Assembly (NCBI GenBank): GCA_963700035.1 | Contig: CAVOWE010000026.1 | Coordinates: 8,732 to 72,731, forward strand | DNA: 64,000 bases | From: an uncultured Thermoleophilia bacterium | Lineage (GTDB): Bacteria > Actinomycetota > Thermoleophilia > UBA2241 | Direction: 5' to 3' | Shown here: piece by piece, positions 1 to 10,550 of the stretch | How positions within the stretch are numbered: position 1 is the first letter of the stretch | Layout of the letters: each line of letters starts with the position of its first letter | Notes under the pieces: model-generated | Databases searched by the model: none | What the model saw: the letters and a program-made list of their open reading frames with translations, nothing else | Told to the model about the DNA's origin: nothing | Translations under genes and position numbers: made by a program

Positions 1-817
1 ACATGCCCTGCTTGAACACCACGATGCGGCCGCGGCCTCCCGCGACCGTCGAGATCGTCTTGGGCACGTTCATGTCTACGCCGCCGACCGCATCGACGAG
101 ACGTGGGAAGCCCTTGAAGTCGACCACCATGACGTGGTTCACCTCGACGCCGAGGAACTGCTTGACCGCCTGCACGGCCGCGGACGGGCCGCCCCAGAAC
201 ATGGCCGTGTTGATCTTGTCGTAAGTTCCGTCGGAGAGCTGCACGCGCGTGTCGCGCGGGATGGAGAGCTGGTTGATCGTGTGGGTCTTGGGGTTGAAGC
301 GCATGAGCATGATGGTGTCGGAGCGCGCCGGCTCGCCGGCCTTGCTGTCGACGCCGAACAGCAGCAACGTGGTGCCCTTGCGCCAGATCCAGCCGTCGTC
401 CGGGGTGAGCTCGGCGCGGGTCTTCTTGTCGATGCGCTTGTTGGCGTTGTCGACCGCGCGATCGAACCTCTTGTAGCCCGGCCAGGCGAGGACGGTGACC
501 ACGACTCCGGCGATGATGAAGGCGACCAGCAGACCGACGGGGACGTACCACCAGCGGAAACGGCGGCGTTTGGGCGCCGTGCCGGCGCCTCCGGCCGCCG
601 CACCCTTGGCCGGCGTCGACCCGTATCGACGGTACTCACCATCGGCGCTCTCGGCGTGGACCGGGCGCGCCTCGGAGACCCGTGCTTCCTGGGGCGGCCG
701 CGGCTCACGGGGAGGCCGCGCCCCGGCCAGCTCGTCATCGACGGAGCTGCGCCTGGCGCGGCCGGCCTTGTACCGCTTGTAGGGCTTGCGCCCGCCGTTG
801 TCGTCGTCGTTTCGCAT
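1..817 (-). CDS. LCP (LytR-CpsA-Psr) family cell-wall glycopolymer ligase, 3'-truncated at window edge
   Basis: Manual minus-strand translation from ATG 817: N-terminal tail, TM helix (WWYVPVGLLVAFIIAGVVVTVLAW), then LLFGVD..RSDTIMLMRF..LSIPRDT..KINTA..VDFKGFPRLVDAVGGV, which are LCP motifs. Absent from the ORF track because it runs off the edge. Confidence 0.9.
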   Translation of the reverse strand, partial: MRNDDDNGGRKPYKRYKAGRARRSSVDDELAGARPPREPRPPQEARVSEARPVHAESADGEYRRYGSTPAKGAAAGGAGTAPKRRRFRWWYVPVGLLVAFIIAGVVVTVLAWPGYKRFDRAVDNANKRIDKKTRAELTPDDGWIWRKGTTLLLFGVDSKAGEPARSDTIMLMRFNPKTHTINQLSIPRDTRVQLSDGTYDKINTAMFWGGPSAAVQAVKQFLGVEVNHVMVVDFKGFPRLVDAVGGVDMNVPKTISTVAGGRGRIVVFKQGM

Positions 818-963
818 CTGTTCGTGGTCCCGCTCCTCACGCAGGCAGCGCCCAAGGCTTGCTGGTGGCGGGGAGCGGGGCGCCGGGCCTTGCACCTGAC
901 TACGTCCCAGGGAGGGCGTTTCCTCTGGTCGCGAGTCTACACCATGGTAAGCTGCGGGTCGTC

Positions 964-1987
964 ATGAGCCCGGAGCGCACCGTCATCGGCGTTGATATCG
1001 GCGGCACCAAGATCGCCGGAGGGTTGCTGCGCGGCCGGCCGCCGCAGGCCGTCTCGCGCAGGCCCGCCACCGGGGAGACGCCCGCGATCCTGGACAGGTT
1101 CACGGTGCTCACGGACGCCGCCTCGACGCAGGCCTGTCTTGACGGCATCGTGGCCTGCATCGCCGACCTCGAGCACGGCTCCGGGCGGGTCGAGGGCATC
1201 GGCGTGGGGGTCGCCTCGATGGTGGACTTCGCCGCCGGGCACGTGGTCGCGTCGGTCAATCTGCCGCTGGTGGACGTGCCCCTGCGCGACCTGCTGCAGC
1301 GCCGTTTCGGCGTGCCCGTCGTCATCGACAACGACGCGACGGCGGCGGCCATCGGAGAGCACGCCTTCGGCGCCGGCGCCGGCACCCGCGAGATGCTCAT
1401 GCTCACGCTGGGCACGGGCGTGGGCGGCGGCATCATCTGCGGCGGCCGCCCGTACCGGGGTTTCAGCGGCGCTGCCGCCGAGCTCGGCCACATCATCATC
1501 GACCTGAACGGGCCCAAGTGCCCGGCCAACTGCCCCAACCAGGGCTGTCTCGAGGCGTATGTGGCCGGCCCGGCGATGGCAGCCGCGGCCGTCGCCGCGG
1601 CCCAGGCCGCGCCGGCCTCGGCGCTGGGCCGCGCTCTGGCGGCCGGTGAGCACGTCGACGGCCGGCTTCTGACCCGTCTCGGGCAGGAGGGCGACGCCGT
1701 GCGCCGAGGCCGTCCTCGCCCGCCTGGGCGAGTATCTCGGCGCCGGCCTCGTGACGCTCGTCAACATCTTCAACCCCGAGGTGATCGTCATCGGCGGGGG
1801 CGCCGCCGCCGCCGGCGAGCTTCTGCTCGGGCCGGCCCGCGACGTGCTGCAGGCGCGCGGCTCGCGGCCCGCGCGCGACCAGGTGCGCGTCGTGCCGGCG
1901 ACGCTGGGGCCGGACGCCGGCTTCATCGGCGCCGCTGCTCTGGCCTTCATCGAGCTCTTCCCGGACGACGCCGAGTCGTCGTCTTGA
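964..1987 (+). CDS. ROK family sugar kinase (glucokinase-like), frameshift near 1700
   Basis: GVDIGGTKI, DNDATAAAIGE, LTLGTGVGGG, ELGH..CPANCPNQGCLE in ORF 682..2010; C-terminus (LVNIFNPEVIVIGGG..AGFIGAA) in ORF 1751..1987. Confidence 0.9.
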
Positions 1988-2074
1988 CTTCGCCCCGGCC
2001 ATATCGCTAAATGTGCAACGGAATCCCGCGCGTCCTGCGTCCGCAGCGCGCCTACAGGAGGTGACGAGCACCAC

Positions 2075-2245
2075 ATGGCTTACAAGATCACTGATGAGTG
2101 CCTCGCATGCGGCGCTTGCGTCGACGAGTGCCCCAACGAGGCGATCTCCGAAGACGACCCGATCTACATCATCGACCCTGAGAAGTGCGACGACTGCGCG
2201 ACCTGTGTCGAGTCTTGCCCCAGCGAGGCGATCGTCCCCGAGTGA
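2075..2245 (+). CDS. 2[4Fe-4S] clostridial-type ferredoxin (56 aa)
   Basis: MAYKITDECLACGACVDECPNEAISEDDPIYIIDPEKCDDCATCVESCPSEAIVPE*; two CxxCxxCxxxCP motifs; SD AGGAGGTG upstream; below the ORF track cutoff. Confidence 0.95.
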   Translation: MAYKITDECLACGACVDECPNEAISEDDPIYIIDPEKCDDCATCVESCPSEAIVPE

Positions 2246-2309
2246 CCGCGGCGGAGAGCGCCTGGCACTTATGGGGCCGGCTCCGCGAGGAGCCGGCCCC
2301 CTTCGTGCT

Positions 2310-3156
2310 TCAGGGCAGGACGCCCTCGCAGCCCACGAGCTCGGGGTCGTCCCACGAGAGCCGCCGTGCCATCACCACGACGGCCTCCGGGTTGGCGTCG
2401 ACGAGCAGGTAGCCGCGGCTCGTGGCGCGCCGCAGCCTCGCCGGTGGTGCCGCTCCCCGCGAAGAAGTCGACCACCAGATCGCCGGGGTCAGAGTGCACC
2501 CGCACGATGCGCTCGAGGATCTTGAGCGGTTTCTGCGTCGGGTAGCCCGTCTTCTCCTTGCCCGTCGGACTGACGATGGTGTTCCACCACACGTCGGTGG
2601 GCGTCTTGCCGCGCGCGGCCTTCGCGGGGCCGACGAGGCCCGGCGCCATGTAGGGCACGCGGTCGATGTCGTCGTAGCGGAAGACGTAGTGGGCGGGGTC
2701 GACGGCGTACCAGAAGATGGTGTCGTGCTTGGCCGGCCAGCGCTTCCGCGGCCGGCCTCCGTAGTCGTAGGCCCAGATGAGCTCGTTGAGGAACGACTCG
2801 CGGCCGAAGATCCCGTCGAGGAGCACCTTGCAGTAGTGCGCTTCGCGGCTGTCGATGTGGAAGAAGAGCGAGCCGTCGGGCGTGAGGATGCGCCGCGCTT
2901 CTGCGAGTCGCGGCGCCAGGAATCCAAGGTAGTCGGCGAAATCGTCCGGCCAGGCGGCGTTCCCGAGGATCTCCGTGCGGTAGCGCCGCCCCTGGAAGCC
3001 CGTGCGGTCGCCACCCTCATCACGCGAGGTGCGCAGGTGCGCACGCTTCTGCGCATGCCCGGTGTTGAACGGCGGATCGATGTAGATGAGGCGCGCACAG
3101 GCGTCCGGAAGGGTGCGCAACACCTCGAGGTTGTCGCCGAAGACGATGCGCTTCAC
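2310..3156 (-). CDS. Site-specific DNA methyltransferase (N6A/N4C, beta class), orphan; frameshift near 2420
   Basis: LIYIDPPF catalytic motif precedes YPTQKP..DFFAGSGTT SAM motif; C-terminus (RGYLLVDANPEAVVVMARRL) in the adjacent frame ending 2310. Confidence 0.9.
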
Positions 3157-3262
3157 AGCGGGTGCCCGTGGACGTGCGCGTCTCTCATGGCCGCAAGTCT
3201 ACTCGGGGACGCCAAGCGCCGCGCGCCGGGGCGTCCCGACGCGGGCGGTCATTCCGGCTGCT

Positions 3263-3475
3263 TCACGCCGAGAGGCGCGGAGCCTCCGACGCTATCTCTC
3301 CCCGCGCCGCCACGGGCACGCGGCAGTGGATGTGCAGGAGGCGGTCCTCGATGGGCTCCGCGTCTAGCGCGAGCGTGCCGCACAGCGGGCAGATGAACGT
3401 CTCGCTGGGGTCTCCGGCGAACAGGTCTTCGTCGAAGACCCCTCCGCACTCACTGCAGACCATGTGCTCCAGCAT
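3263..3475 (-). CDS. Small CxxC-CxxC metal-binding (zinc-ribbon/rubredoxin-like) protein, 70 aa
   Basis: MLEHMVCSECGGVFDEDLFAGDPSETFICPLCGTL...; purine-rich SD-like run (AAAGGGGGAG) upstream of ATG 3475. Confidence 0.6.
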   Translation of the reverse strand: MLEHMVCSECGGVFDEDLFAGDPSETFICPLCGTLALDAEPIEDRLLHIHCRVPVAARGEIASEAPRLSA

Positions 3476-3572
3476 CGCGCTCCCCCTTTCCACACTCCAA
3501 CCCTTCCACAGAGTACTCGAAAGAACGCACCCGGCCTGAAAGAATGGGGTGAAAGACCCAGGGGGAGGCGAC

Positions 3573-4316
3573 ATGGCCGACAGCGTGTGGCGCGAGTTCT
3601 TCGACAGCTACGCCCCGCAGTACATGAACGAAGTCTTCACTGCCGACAGCGTGCGTGAAGTGGAGTTCCTCGACGAGGTCCTCTCGGTCCCGTCGGGCTC
3701 GCGCATCCTCGACGTGGGCTGCGGAACCGGTCGGCACGCCGTGGAGCTCGCGCGGCGCGGCTATCGCGTGACGGGGCTCGACCTCTCGGCCGGCATGCTG
3801 GCCGAGGCGGCGAAGGCCGCGGAAGAGGCCGGCGTCGAGGTGGAACTGGTCCAGGCCGACGCCACGGCCTTCAGCTTCGCGCACGGCTTCGACGCGGCCG
3901 CGTGCTTGTGCGAAGGAGCGTTCACGCTGGTCGGCGCCGACGACCCGTTCGACCACGACCTGACCATCCTGCGCAACGTCCTTGCGGCGCTGAAGCCGGG
4001 CGCCCCCTTCGTGCTCACCGCCAGCAACGGGATGAGGCTCATCCGCAGCGCCACGCCCGAGCAGGTCGAGGCCGGGCGCTTCGATCCGTTGACGCTGAGC
4101 GAATCCTACGACATGGAGTGGGAGACGCCGGAGGGCCCGCGCAGCGTCCCCGTGCGCGAACGCGGCTACGTGCCCAGCGAGCTGCGGCTTCTCTGCCGCA
4201 TGGCAGGGTTCGACGTAGAGCACGTCTGGGGAGGGACGGCCGGCGCCTGGGGGCGCCGGCCGGTCGACCTCGACGAGTGGGAGATAATGGTCGTCATGCG
4301 GAGACCGGCGGCGTGA
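3573..4316 (+). CDS. Class I SAM-dependent methyltransferase
   Basis: ILDVGCGTGRH, VTGLDLSAGML motifs; SD GGGGGAGG. Confidence 0.9.
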   Translation: MADSVWREFFDSYAPQYMNEVFTADSVREVEFLDEVLSVPSGSRILDVGCGTGRHAVELARRGYRVTGLDLSAGMLAEAAKAAEEAGVEVELVQADATAFSFAHGFDAAACLCEGAFTLVGADDPFDHDLTILRNVLAALKPGAPFVLTASNGMRLIRSATPEQVEAGRFDPLTLSESYDMEWETPEGPRSVPVRERGYVPSELRLLCRMAGFDVEHVWGGTAGAWGRRPVDLDEWEIMVVMRRPAA

Positions 4317-4828
4317 ACGCGTCGCCCGGCATCGGCATCAGACGGGCGACGTCGGAGGACGCCGCCGGCGTCGCCGCCGTCCTCAACGGCGTCATCGCCG
4401 GCGGCTGCCACAGCCTGCTCGACACGCCGTTCACGGTGGCCGAGGAGCGCGCCTACATCGACGCCCTTCCGGAGCGCTCCATTCTCCACATCGCCGAGGC
4501 GGGCGGCGAGATCGTCGCCTTCCAGACGGTCATTCCGTGGAACACGTTCACGACCGGGGAGCTCGACCATGTGGCCACCATGGGGACCTATGTGGACGAG
4601 CCGCACCGGCGACGCGGCATGGGGGCGGCGCTGACGGCCGCGTCGTTCGTGGCGGCCCTCGAGCTGGGCTACGAGAAGATCTTCACCGACCTGCGCGCCG
4701 ACAATCTCGACTCATTGAGCTTCCATCTCGCGCTGGGGTTCACCATCGTCGGCGTCGCCCGCCGGCATGCGCGCCTGGCCGGGCGCGACATCGACGTCAT
4801 CTTCATCGAGCGCTTTCTGAAGGGGTGA
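4313..4828 (+). CDS. GNAT family N-acetyltransferase (YncA/Pat-like)
   Basis: IRRAT..DA, YVDEPHRRRGMG, DNLDSLSFHLALGF; GTGA overlap with the upstream stop. Confidence 0.85.
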   Translation: MNASPGIGIRRATSEDAAGVAAVLNGVIAGGCHSLLDTPFTVAEERAYIDALPERSILHIAEAGGEIVAFQTVIPWNTFTTGELDHVATMGTYVDEPHRRRGMGAALTAASFVAALELGYEKIFTDLRADNLDSLSFHLALGFTIVGVARRHARLAGRDIDVIFIERFLKG

Positions 4829-4833
4829 GCGGC

Positions 4834-5688
4834 ATGCTGTACATCTGTGCCACACCGATCGGCAATCTCGGGGACGTGACGCCGCGCGTCCTCGACGCCC
4901 TGCGCGCGGTGGAGCTCATCGCCGCCGAAGACACCCGTCACACGCGCAAGCTCCTCAGCCACTTCGACATCCACGTGACGATGACGAGCCTCTTCCAGCA
5001 CAACGAGGCGCAGAAGACCGAGGAGGTGTTGCGCCTCCTGCGCGACGGCAAGGACGTCGCCCTGGTCACCGACGCCGGGATGCCCGGCGTGCAGGATCCC
5101 GGCATGCGCCTGATCGTGCGCGCTGTGGCCGAAGGCCTCGAGCTCACGGTGCTGCCGGGGCCGTCGGCAGTGCTCACGGCTCTGGTGGCCGCGGGCTTCG
5201 ACGGCGACGGCTTCCGCTTCGTCGGCTATCTGCCGCGCCGGGCGCGCGAGCTGGAGACCATGCTGCAGGGGTGGCGCCGCTGCGGCGGCCTCCTCGTGGC
5301 CTTCGAGACAGGGCAGCGTCTGGCACGCAGCGTCGCCGTGCTGGCCGCGTCGCTGCCCGAGGCCCGCGCCGCCGTGTGTCGGGAGCTCACCAAGGTACAT
5401 GAGGAGATCGTGCGCGACACGCTGCTGGAGCTCAGCGAGCGCTATCCCGTCCCCGGCCCGGATACCGGACCGAGAGGCGCCGTGCGCGGCGAGATCACGC
5501 TGGTCCTCGACCTCGGCCCGCCTCTGGACGAAGCGGCCGCCGCCCGGCCGCAGGCCAGGACGGCCGCCACCGCTCTGCTCGCCCGCGGCCTGTCGCGGCG
5601 CGACACCGCCGCGGCCCTGCACGTGTGCCTCGGACTTCCGGGGCGCGAGGCCGACCGTCTGGTGCGGGAGGTCGCGGCCGAGAGTTGA
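4834..5688 (+). CDS. rsmI: 16S rRNA (cytidine1402-2'-O)-methyltransferase
   Basis: LYICATPIGNLGD..IAAEDTRHT..LVTDAGMP..DPG..PGPSA..RELTKVHEE. Confidence 0.95.
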   Translation: MLYICATPIGNLGDVTPRVLDALRAVELIAAEDTRHTRKLLSHFDIHVTMTSLFQHNEAQKTEEVLRLLRDGKDVALVTDAGMPGVQDPGMRLIVRAVAEGLELTVLPGPSAVLTALVAAGFDGDGFRFVGYLPRRARELETMLQGWRRCGGLLVAFETGQRLARSVAVLAASLPEARAAVCRELTKVHEEIVRDTLLELSERYPVPGPDTGPRGAVRGEITLVLDLGPPLDEAAAARPQARTAATALLARGLSRRDTAAALHVCLGLPGREADRLVREVAAES

Positions 5689-5727
5689 GCTGCCGAGCCG
5701 CCTCGCCGCTTCTGCTAGACTGCCCGA

Positions 5728-6613
5728 ATGGACCTCTCGGCCCTCATCGAGGAGCGTCCGCTGCTGCTCGACGGTGGACTCGGGCTGGCGCTCATGGTCC
5801 GCGGCTTCGCCGCCGGCGAGTGCCCGGAGGAGTGGAACGTCTCGCATCCCCGAGAGGTCGAAGACATCCATCGCGCCTTCTACGCGGCGGGCTCCGACAT
5901 CGTGAACACCAACAGCTTCGGCGGCACCGGGCTGCGCCTGGAGGCGCACGGGATGGCCGCTCGCGCCGTCGAGCTCAACGAAGCGGCCGCCCGCCTCGCG
6001 GTCGCGCTTCGCGACCGCGAGTTCCCCGGCCGCTTCGTGGCCGGCGACATCGGCCCGTGCGGCAAGATGGTCAAGCCCATGGGAGACGCCGACCCCGAAG
6101 CGCTGCGCGCCTCGTTCGCGGAACAGGCCGAGGCGCTCGTCCGCGGAGGGGTGGACCTCCTCAACATCGAGACGATGTTCGATCTCACCGAGGCGCGCAT
6201 CGCCGTGGAGGCGGCGGTGTCGGCGGCGGCCGGCCGGCCGGTGCTGGCCAGCATGGCCTTCAAGCCGGCCGCCAAGGGCTTCCGCACCATGATGGGCGTG
6301 GATCCCGCGGCGGCGGTCACCACTCTCAAAGAGGCAGGCGCGGCCATGGTGGGCTGCAACTGCGAGATCGCCGCCGAGCCCATGGCCGAGCTGGTCCCCA
6401 TCCTCGCCGAGCTCAACGGCGGGGTCACCTGCGCGCAGCCCAACGCCGGCCAGCCGCGCCTCGAGAGCGGTCAGACGGTGTACGGCGAGACCCCCGAGCA
6501 CTTCGCCGCCGTGGTCGAGCGGCTACCCCGCACTCGGGGCGCGCATCGTCGGCGGGTGCTGCGGCACGCCGCCGGAGTCCATCGCCGCCTTGGCCGCCGC
6601 TCTCGGTCGCTGA
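5728..6613 (+). CDS. Homocysteine S-methyltransferase family protein (stand-alone MetH N-terminal-like domain); frameshift near 6530
   Basis: LLDGGLG, HRAFYAAGSD..TNSFG, IETMFD, GCNC, PNAG; GGCCG zinc motif in the shifted frame ending TGA 6613. Confidence 0.88.
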
Positions 6614-6822
6614 CACCGTCGCGGCCCGCCGAGGCCGCACGCCGTCGGCCCACGACCACGCTTCGGCCGCGCGCCGTGAGGCTCTCGCGGCGCGACGCGC
6701 TCTAGCAGCCGAAGCCGCCCCTCGTTGGACCCTAGTGGTAGCCTCTTGCAGGGGTATGGGCAGGCCTGCCCCGAGTCATATGCAGGCCGCATCATACTCG
6801 TAGTCTGCCCCGAGGAGGACAC

Positions 6823-7413
6823 GTGTTTCACGACATACCGCCAGCCATCGCCACGCGGATGGAGTACCTGGAGGCCATCGACTCTCGCGACCGCGTCGAC
6901 GGCACAGACCGGCTCCAGCGCCTGCGCCAGATCCCGCCCGAGACCGGCAGGTTCGTCGCCTTGCTCGCGGCCATGGCTCCCGTCGGGCGGTACATCGAGA
7001 TCGGGACCAGCGCCGGCTACTCGACGCTGTGGATCGCTCTGGCATGTCGCCTCGTGGGACGGCGAGTGACGACCTTCGAGGTCCTCGACGAGAAGGCGAC
7101 ACTGGCGCGAGAGACGTTCGCCCTGACCGGCGTCGACGATGTCGTGGAGTTCATCCACGGCGACGCCCGCGGCCATCTTCCGGGCTGCAGAGACATCTCC
7201 TTCTGCTTCCTCGACGCCGAGAAGGACGTCTACGCCGAGTGCTACGAGGCCGTCGTCACCAACATGACGAAGGGCGGCATCCTCGTGGCGGACAACGCCA
7301 TCAACTTCGAGGCGACACTGCGGCCGGTGCTCGAGCGCGCTCTGGACGATGATCGGGTGGATGCATTGGTCGTGCCGATCGCCAACGGGGAACTGGTCTG
7401 CAGAAGGCTGTAG
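6823..7413 (+). CDS. O-methyltransferase (YrrM/CCoAOMT-like)
   Basis: [32 protein letters not shown]; SD GAGGAGG. Confidence 0.88.
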   Translation: MFHDIPPAIATRMEYLEAIDSRDRVDGTDRLQRLRQIPPETGRFVALLAAMAPVGRYIEIGTSAGYSTLWIALACRLVGRRVTTFEVLDEKATLARETFALTGVDDVVEFIHGDARGHLPGCRDISFCFLDAEKDVYAECYEAVVTNMTKGGILVADNAINFEATLRPVLERALDDDRVDALVVPIANGELVCRRL

Positions 7414-7494
7414 ATGGTGGAGGTGGACCTGGACTCGGCGGCGGGTCGCAAGGATCGACAGTAACCGGGGGATCGGAGGTCGTTCGCGGGAAGC

Positions 7495-8451
7495 TCACCC
7501 CAGCTCGGCGCGCCGCCGGAACACGGCGCCGACGGCGTCGAGGATGAGCCGCGCGCCGTGGAGCGCCGTGAGCTGGCCGGGCCCGTCGTACTGCGGCGCC
7601 ACCTCGACGAGGTCCATGCCGATCACGTGGCAGCGCGCGCAGACCGCCAGGAGGATCGCCTTGGCCTCGTAGTAGCTGAGGCCGCCGGGCTCGGGCGTGC
7701 CGGTGCCCGGCGCGATGCTCGGGTCGAGGGCGTCGATGTCGAAGGTGATGTACGTGTCGACGCCGGGCTCGAGGTGCTCGACGAGCTCGTCCGCGAGCGT
7801 GTCTTTCGCCTGCTCGCACCAGAAGATATGGGCGCCCCGGCTGCGCGCGAGGGCGATGTTGTCGCCGCTCGTGTGCAGGCTGCGGATGCCGTACTGCGTG
7901 AGCCCGGAGAGCCATCCGGCTTCGTGGGCGCGGATGATCGGGCTGGCGTGCGAGTAGCGCTGGCCGCCCTCCTCGTCCCAGTAGTCCATGTGCGTGTCGA
8001 ACTGCACGAGCTGGAAAGGCTCGCCCTCCCGTGCGTCGCTGAGCGCCTTGAGCACGGGGTAGGTGATGGAGTGGTCCCCGCCGAGCGTGACGGGGAAGAT
8101 GCCCGTCTCCATCAGCGGCTGCAGTCGCTCGACGACCGCTGCGTGGTAGCGCTCCGCCGTCCACATGGGCCCGATCGCGACGTCGCCACAGTCGGCCCAG
8201 CGCACCCCGCCGAGCAGCTTCACCTTGGCTTCGCCGTCGTACATCGGCTCGAGCCCGTTCTGGAAGGCCCACATCGTCGACGTGTCACGCAGGGCGCGCG
8301 GTCCCATGCGCGCCCCGGAGCGGCTGGTGGTGCCCTGGTCCCACGGGATGCCGATGACGGCCACGTCGGCGTCGGCCGTCGTCGGCGCCGCCACCAGCGG
8401 CGCCTTGAAGAAGGTCGCGATGCCGCTGAACGGCAGCTCCTCGTAGGTCAT
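7495..8451 (-). CDS. Agmatinase/arginase-family ureohydrolase
   Basis: LGGDHSIT, FDTHMD, HAS, TFDIDALDP..PGTGTPEPGGL, DLVEV motifs. Confidence 0.9.
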   Translation of the reverse strand: MTYEELPFSGIATFFKAPLVAAPTTADADVAVIGIPWDQGTTSRSGARMGPRALRDTSTMWAFQNGLEPMYDGEAKVKLLGGVRWADCGDVAIGPMWTAERYHAAVVERLQPLMETGIFPVTLGGDHSITYPVLKALSDAREGEPFQLVQFDTHMDYWDEEGGQRYSHASPIIRAHEAGWLSGLTQYGIRSLHTSGDNIALARSRGAHIFWCEQAKDTLADELVEHLEPGVDTYITFDIDALDPSIAPGTGTPEPGGLSYYEAKAILLAVCARCHVIGMDLVEVAPQYDGPGQLTALHGARLILDAVGAVFRRRAELG

Positions 8452-8470
8452 CTCATCAGCTCCTGGGGGA

Positions 8471-9863
8471 TCAGTTCACGCCCTTTGCGTGCGCCTTGCT
8501 CACCTCGGCCACGCATTCTTCCACGATGTCGCAGCCCAGCGCGAACAGCTCCGGCGGCTGATTGAGTGCCGGCGTGGGGCGGAACCAGTTGAACGCCGGC
8601 TCGTAGATCGGCACCACGCCGCGACGCTCCATGGCGTAGACGATCTCCCGCGTGAGGTCGTGGGCCGGCGCCTTGGAGTCCTTGTCCTCGACGAACTCGA
8701 CGCACATGGTAGCGCCGATGACGCGCACGTCGCCGACGATCTCGTACTTGTCCTTCATGGCGCCGAACTTCGCCTTGGCGACCCGCTCGATCTCCTTGAC
8801 GTTGTCGAGCACCTTGTCGCGCTCCATGATCTCGAGCAGCTTGGTCGCCGACGAGCGCAGGCGGCGGGATTGCCGGCGAACGTGCCGCCCGTGTACAGCT
8901 CGCCGGCGGGCTCGCTCATGCGGTCTGAGCCAAGCGTGTAGGCCAGCGGGATGAGCCCGCCCGATGAGACCCTTGCCGAGGCAGAGCAGCTCGACCTCGA
9001 CATCCGGCTAGGCGTCGATCGCGAACCACTCTCCGCTGCGGCCCATGCCCTCCTGGACCTCGTCGTTGTAGAGGATCCAGTCGTACTTCTTGCAGAGGTC
9101 GTACAGGCGCCTTCGGCCACTCCGGCGGCGGGATCTGGATGCCGTTCTCGCCCTGGATGAACTCGACGTTGACGCCCGCGATGCTGTCCGGCGTGGCCTT
9201 GTACTTGAGGATCATCTCCTCGATGTAGTCGAGACAGGCGATGTCGCAGGCAGGGTAGTCGAGGTGGTACGGGCAGCGGTAGCAGGTGGGGAAGGGGACG
9301 TTGATCCAGCCGCTCATGAACGGCTCGATGCCGTGGTTGTAGTGGGCGTTGTGCGGGCCCATGGCGCCGGTGCCGTAGTTGCCGCCGTGGAAGCTGCCGA
9401 GGAAGGTGATGACGAAGGGGCGGCCCGGGCCGGCGGCCTCGCGCATGATGCGCACGGCGTTCTCCACGACCTCGCTGCCGGTGGTGTCGTAGACGATCTT
9501 GCTGAGCGGCGGAGGGGCGATCTCGATGAGCTTCTCGGCGAGTTCAGCTACTGGTGCCAGACCGTCAGCGACGAGAGACACTCGGTGCCGTAGTCCTTGA
9601 GACGCCTGTGTGCGCGGCCGCGACCAGCTCGGGGTGGTTGCCGCCCGAGGGGCGCTGAGGCCCAGCCGCGAGCCAGTCGATGTAGCGGTTGCCGTCGACG
9701 TCCTCGATGAACCAGCCGTCGCGGTAGCGGGAGACGAAGTGGCTCGGCGGCCACCCGCCGATGAGCGACACTCCCAGAAGGATGTCGTCGCCGCGCTTCA
9801 TGAGGGCGGACTGCGCGGGCCGGGGGGCGGGGTGTGGACGTGGGGGCGGGTCTGGTCGCCCAT
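8471..9863 (-). CDS. Class III PLP aminotransferase (GABA/putrescine aminotransferase-like), several frameshifts
   Basis: Fragments in ORFs 9565..9801, 8916..9581, 8755..9120, 8471..8827: DVDGNRYIDW, TGSEVVENA, FHG, EFIQGENG, TGGTFAGNP, GDVRVIG. Confidence 0.85.
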
Positions 9864-9967
9864 GCTCTCATCTCCTCTGGGCGCGCGGGGCGGCTGCGCC
9901 GCCGCGCGCCGGCGACGGGGGTTGATGCTGGGATGCTAGCGCAGGGCGGGGGGCGAGAAAAGGAGCG

Positions 9968-10442
9968 CTAGGAGCGCTCCGGCCCCTCGCCCGGCGACCA
10001 CTCGTAGTTGTCCTTGAGGATCTTGAGGTTGAGCAGGAACTCGGCCTGGACGATGCCCGGGATGGTGCGGACATGGTTCACCAGCACGTCCATGAGCTCC
10101 TCGCGGTCGTGGGCGACGATGCCCACGATGATGTCGAAGTTGCCGGCGCAGATGCTCACGTAGTCCACCTGAGGCAGCTCGGCCACCTCTTCGGCGACCG
10201 CCTCGAGGCGCGTCGCCCTCGACGCGCAGGTGCACCTGCGCCCAGATCAGCCCGAGGTCGAGCGGGCTGCTCACGGCGACGATCTGGATGATGTTGGTGC
10301 GCAGCAGCCGCGCCACCCGCTGCCGCACGCTGGCCTCCGAGATGCCGAGGTCCTTGGCGATGGTCGTGTACGCGCGCCGTCCGTCCACCTGCAGGTGGCC
10401 GATGATGGCGATGTCGGTCTTGTCCAGTGACTGCTTGCGCAT
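9968..10442 (-). CDS. Lrp/AsnC family transcriptional regulator; frameshift near 10210
   Basis: LDKTDIAIIGHLQVDGRRAYTTIAKDLGISEASVRQRVARL HTH; RAM domain (AELPQVDYVSICAGNFD) in ORF 9968..10186. Confidence 0.9.
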
Positions 10443-10550
10443 GGCGTTCCTTTCGACGGCATCATCTTACGAATGTCGTGATTCCAATGCCAGTCGTTTG
10501 CGATTCTCACCGTGCGGTACGATACCGAACGGACTCCAAGGAGGAACGTC

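Noticed and set aside
7415-7426. TGGTGGAGGTGG resembling the reverse complement of a tmRNA/tRNA 3' end (possible att remnant)
   Set aside because: Only 12 bp, with no T-arm, integrase or second copy.
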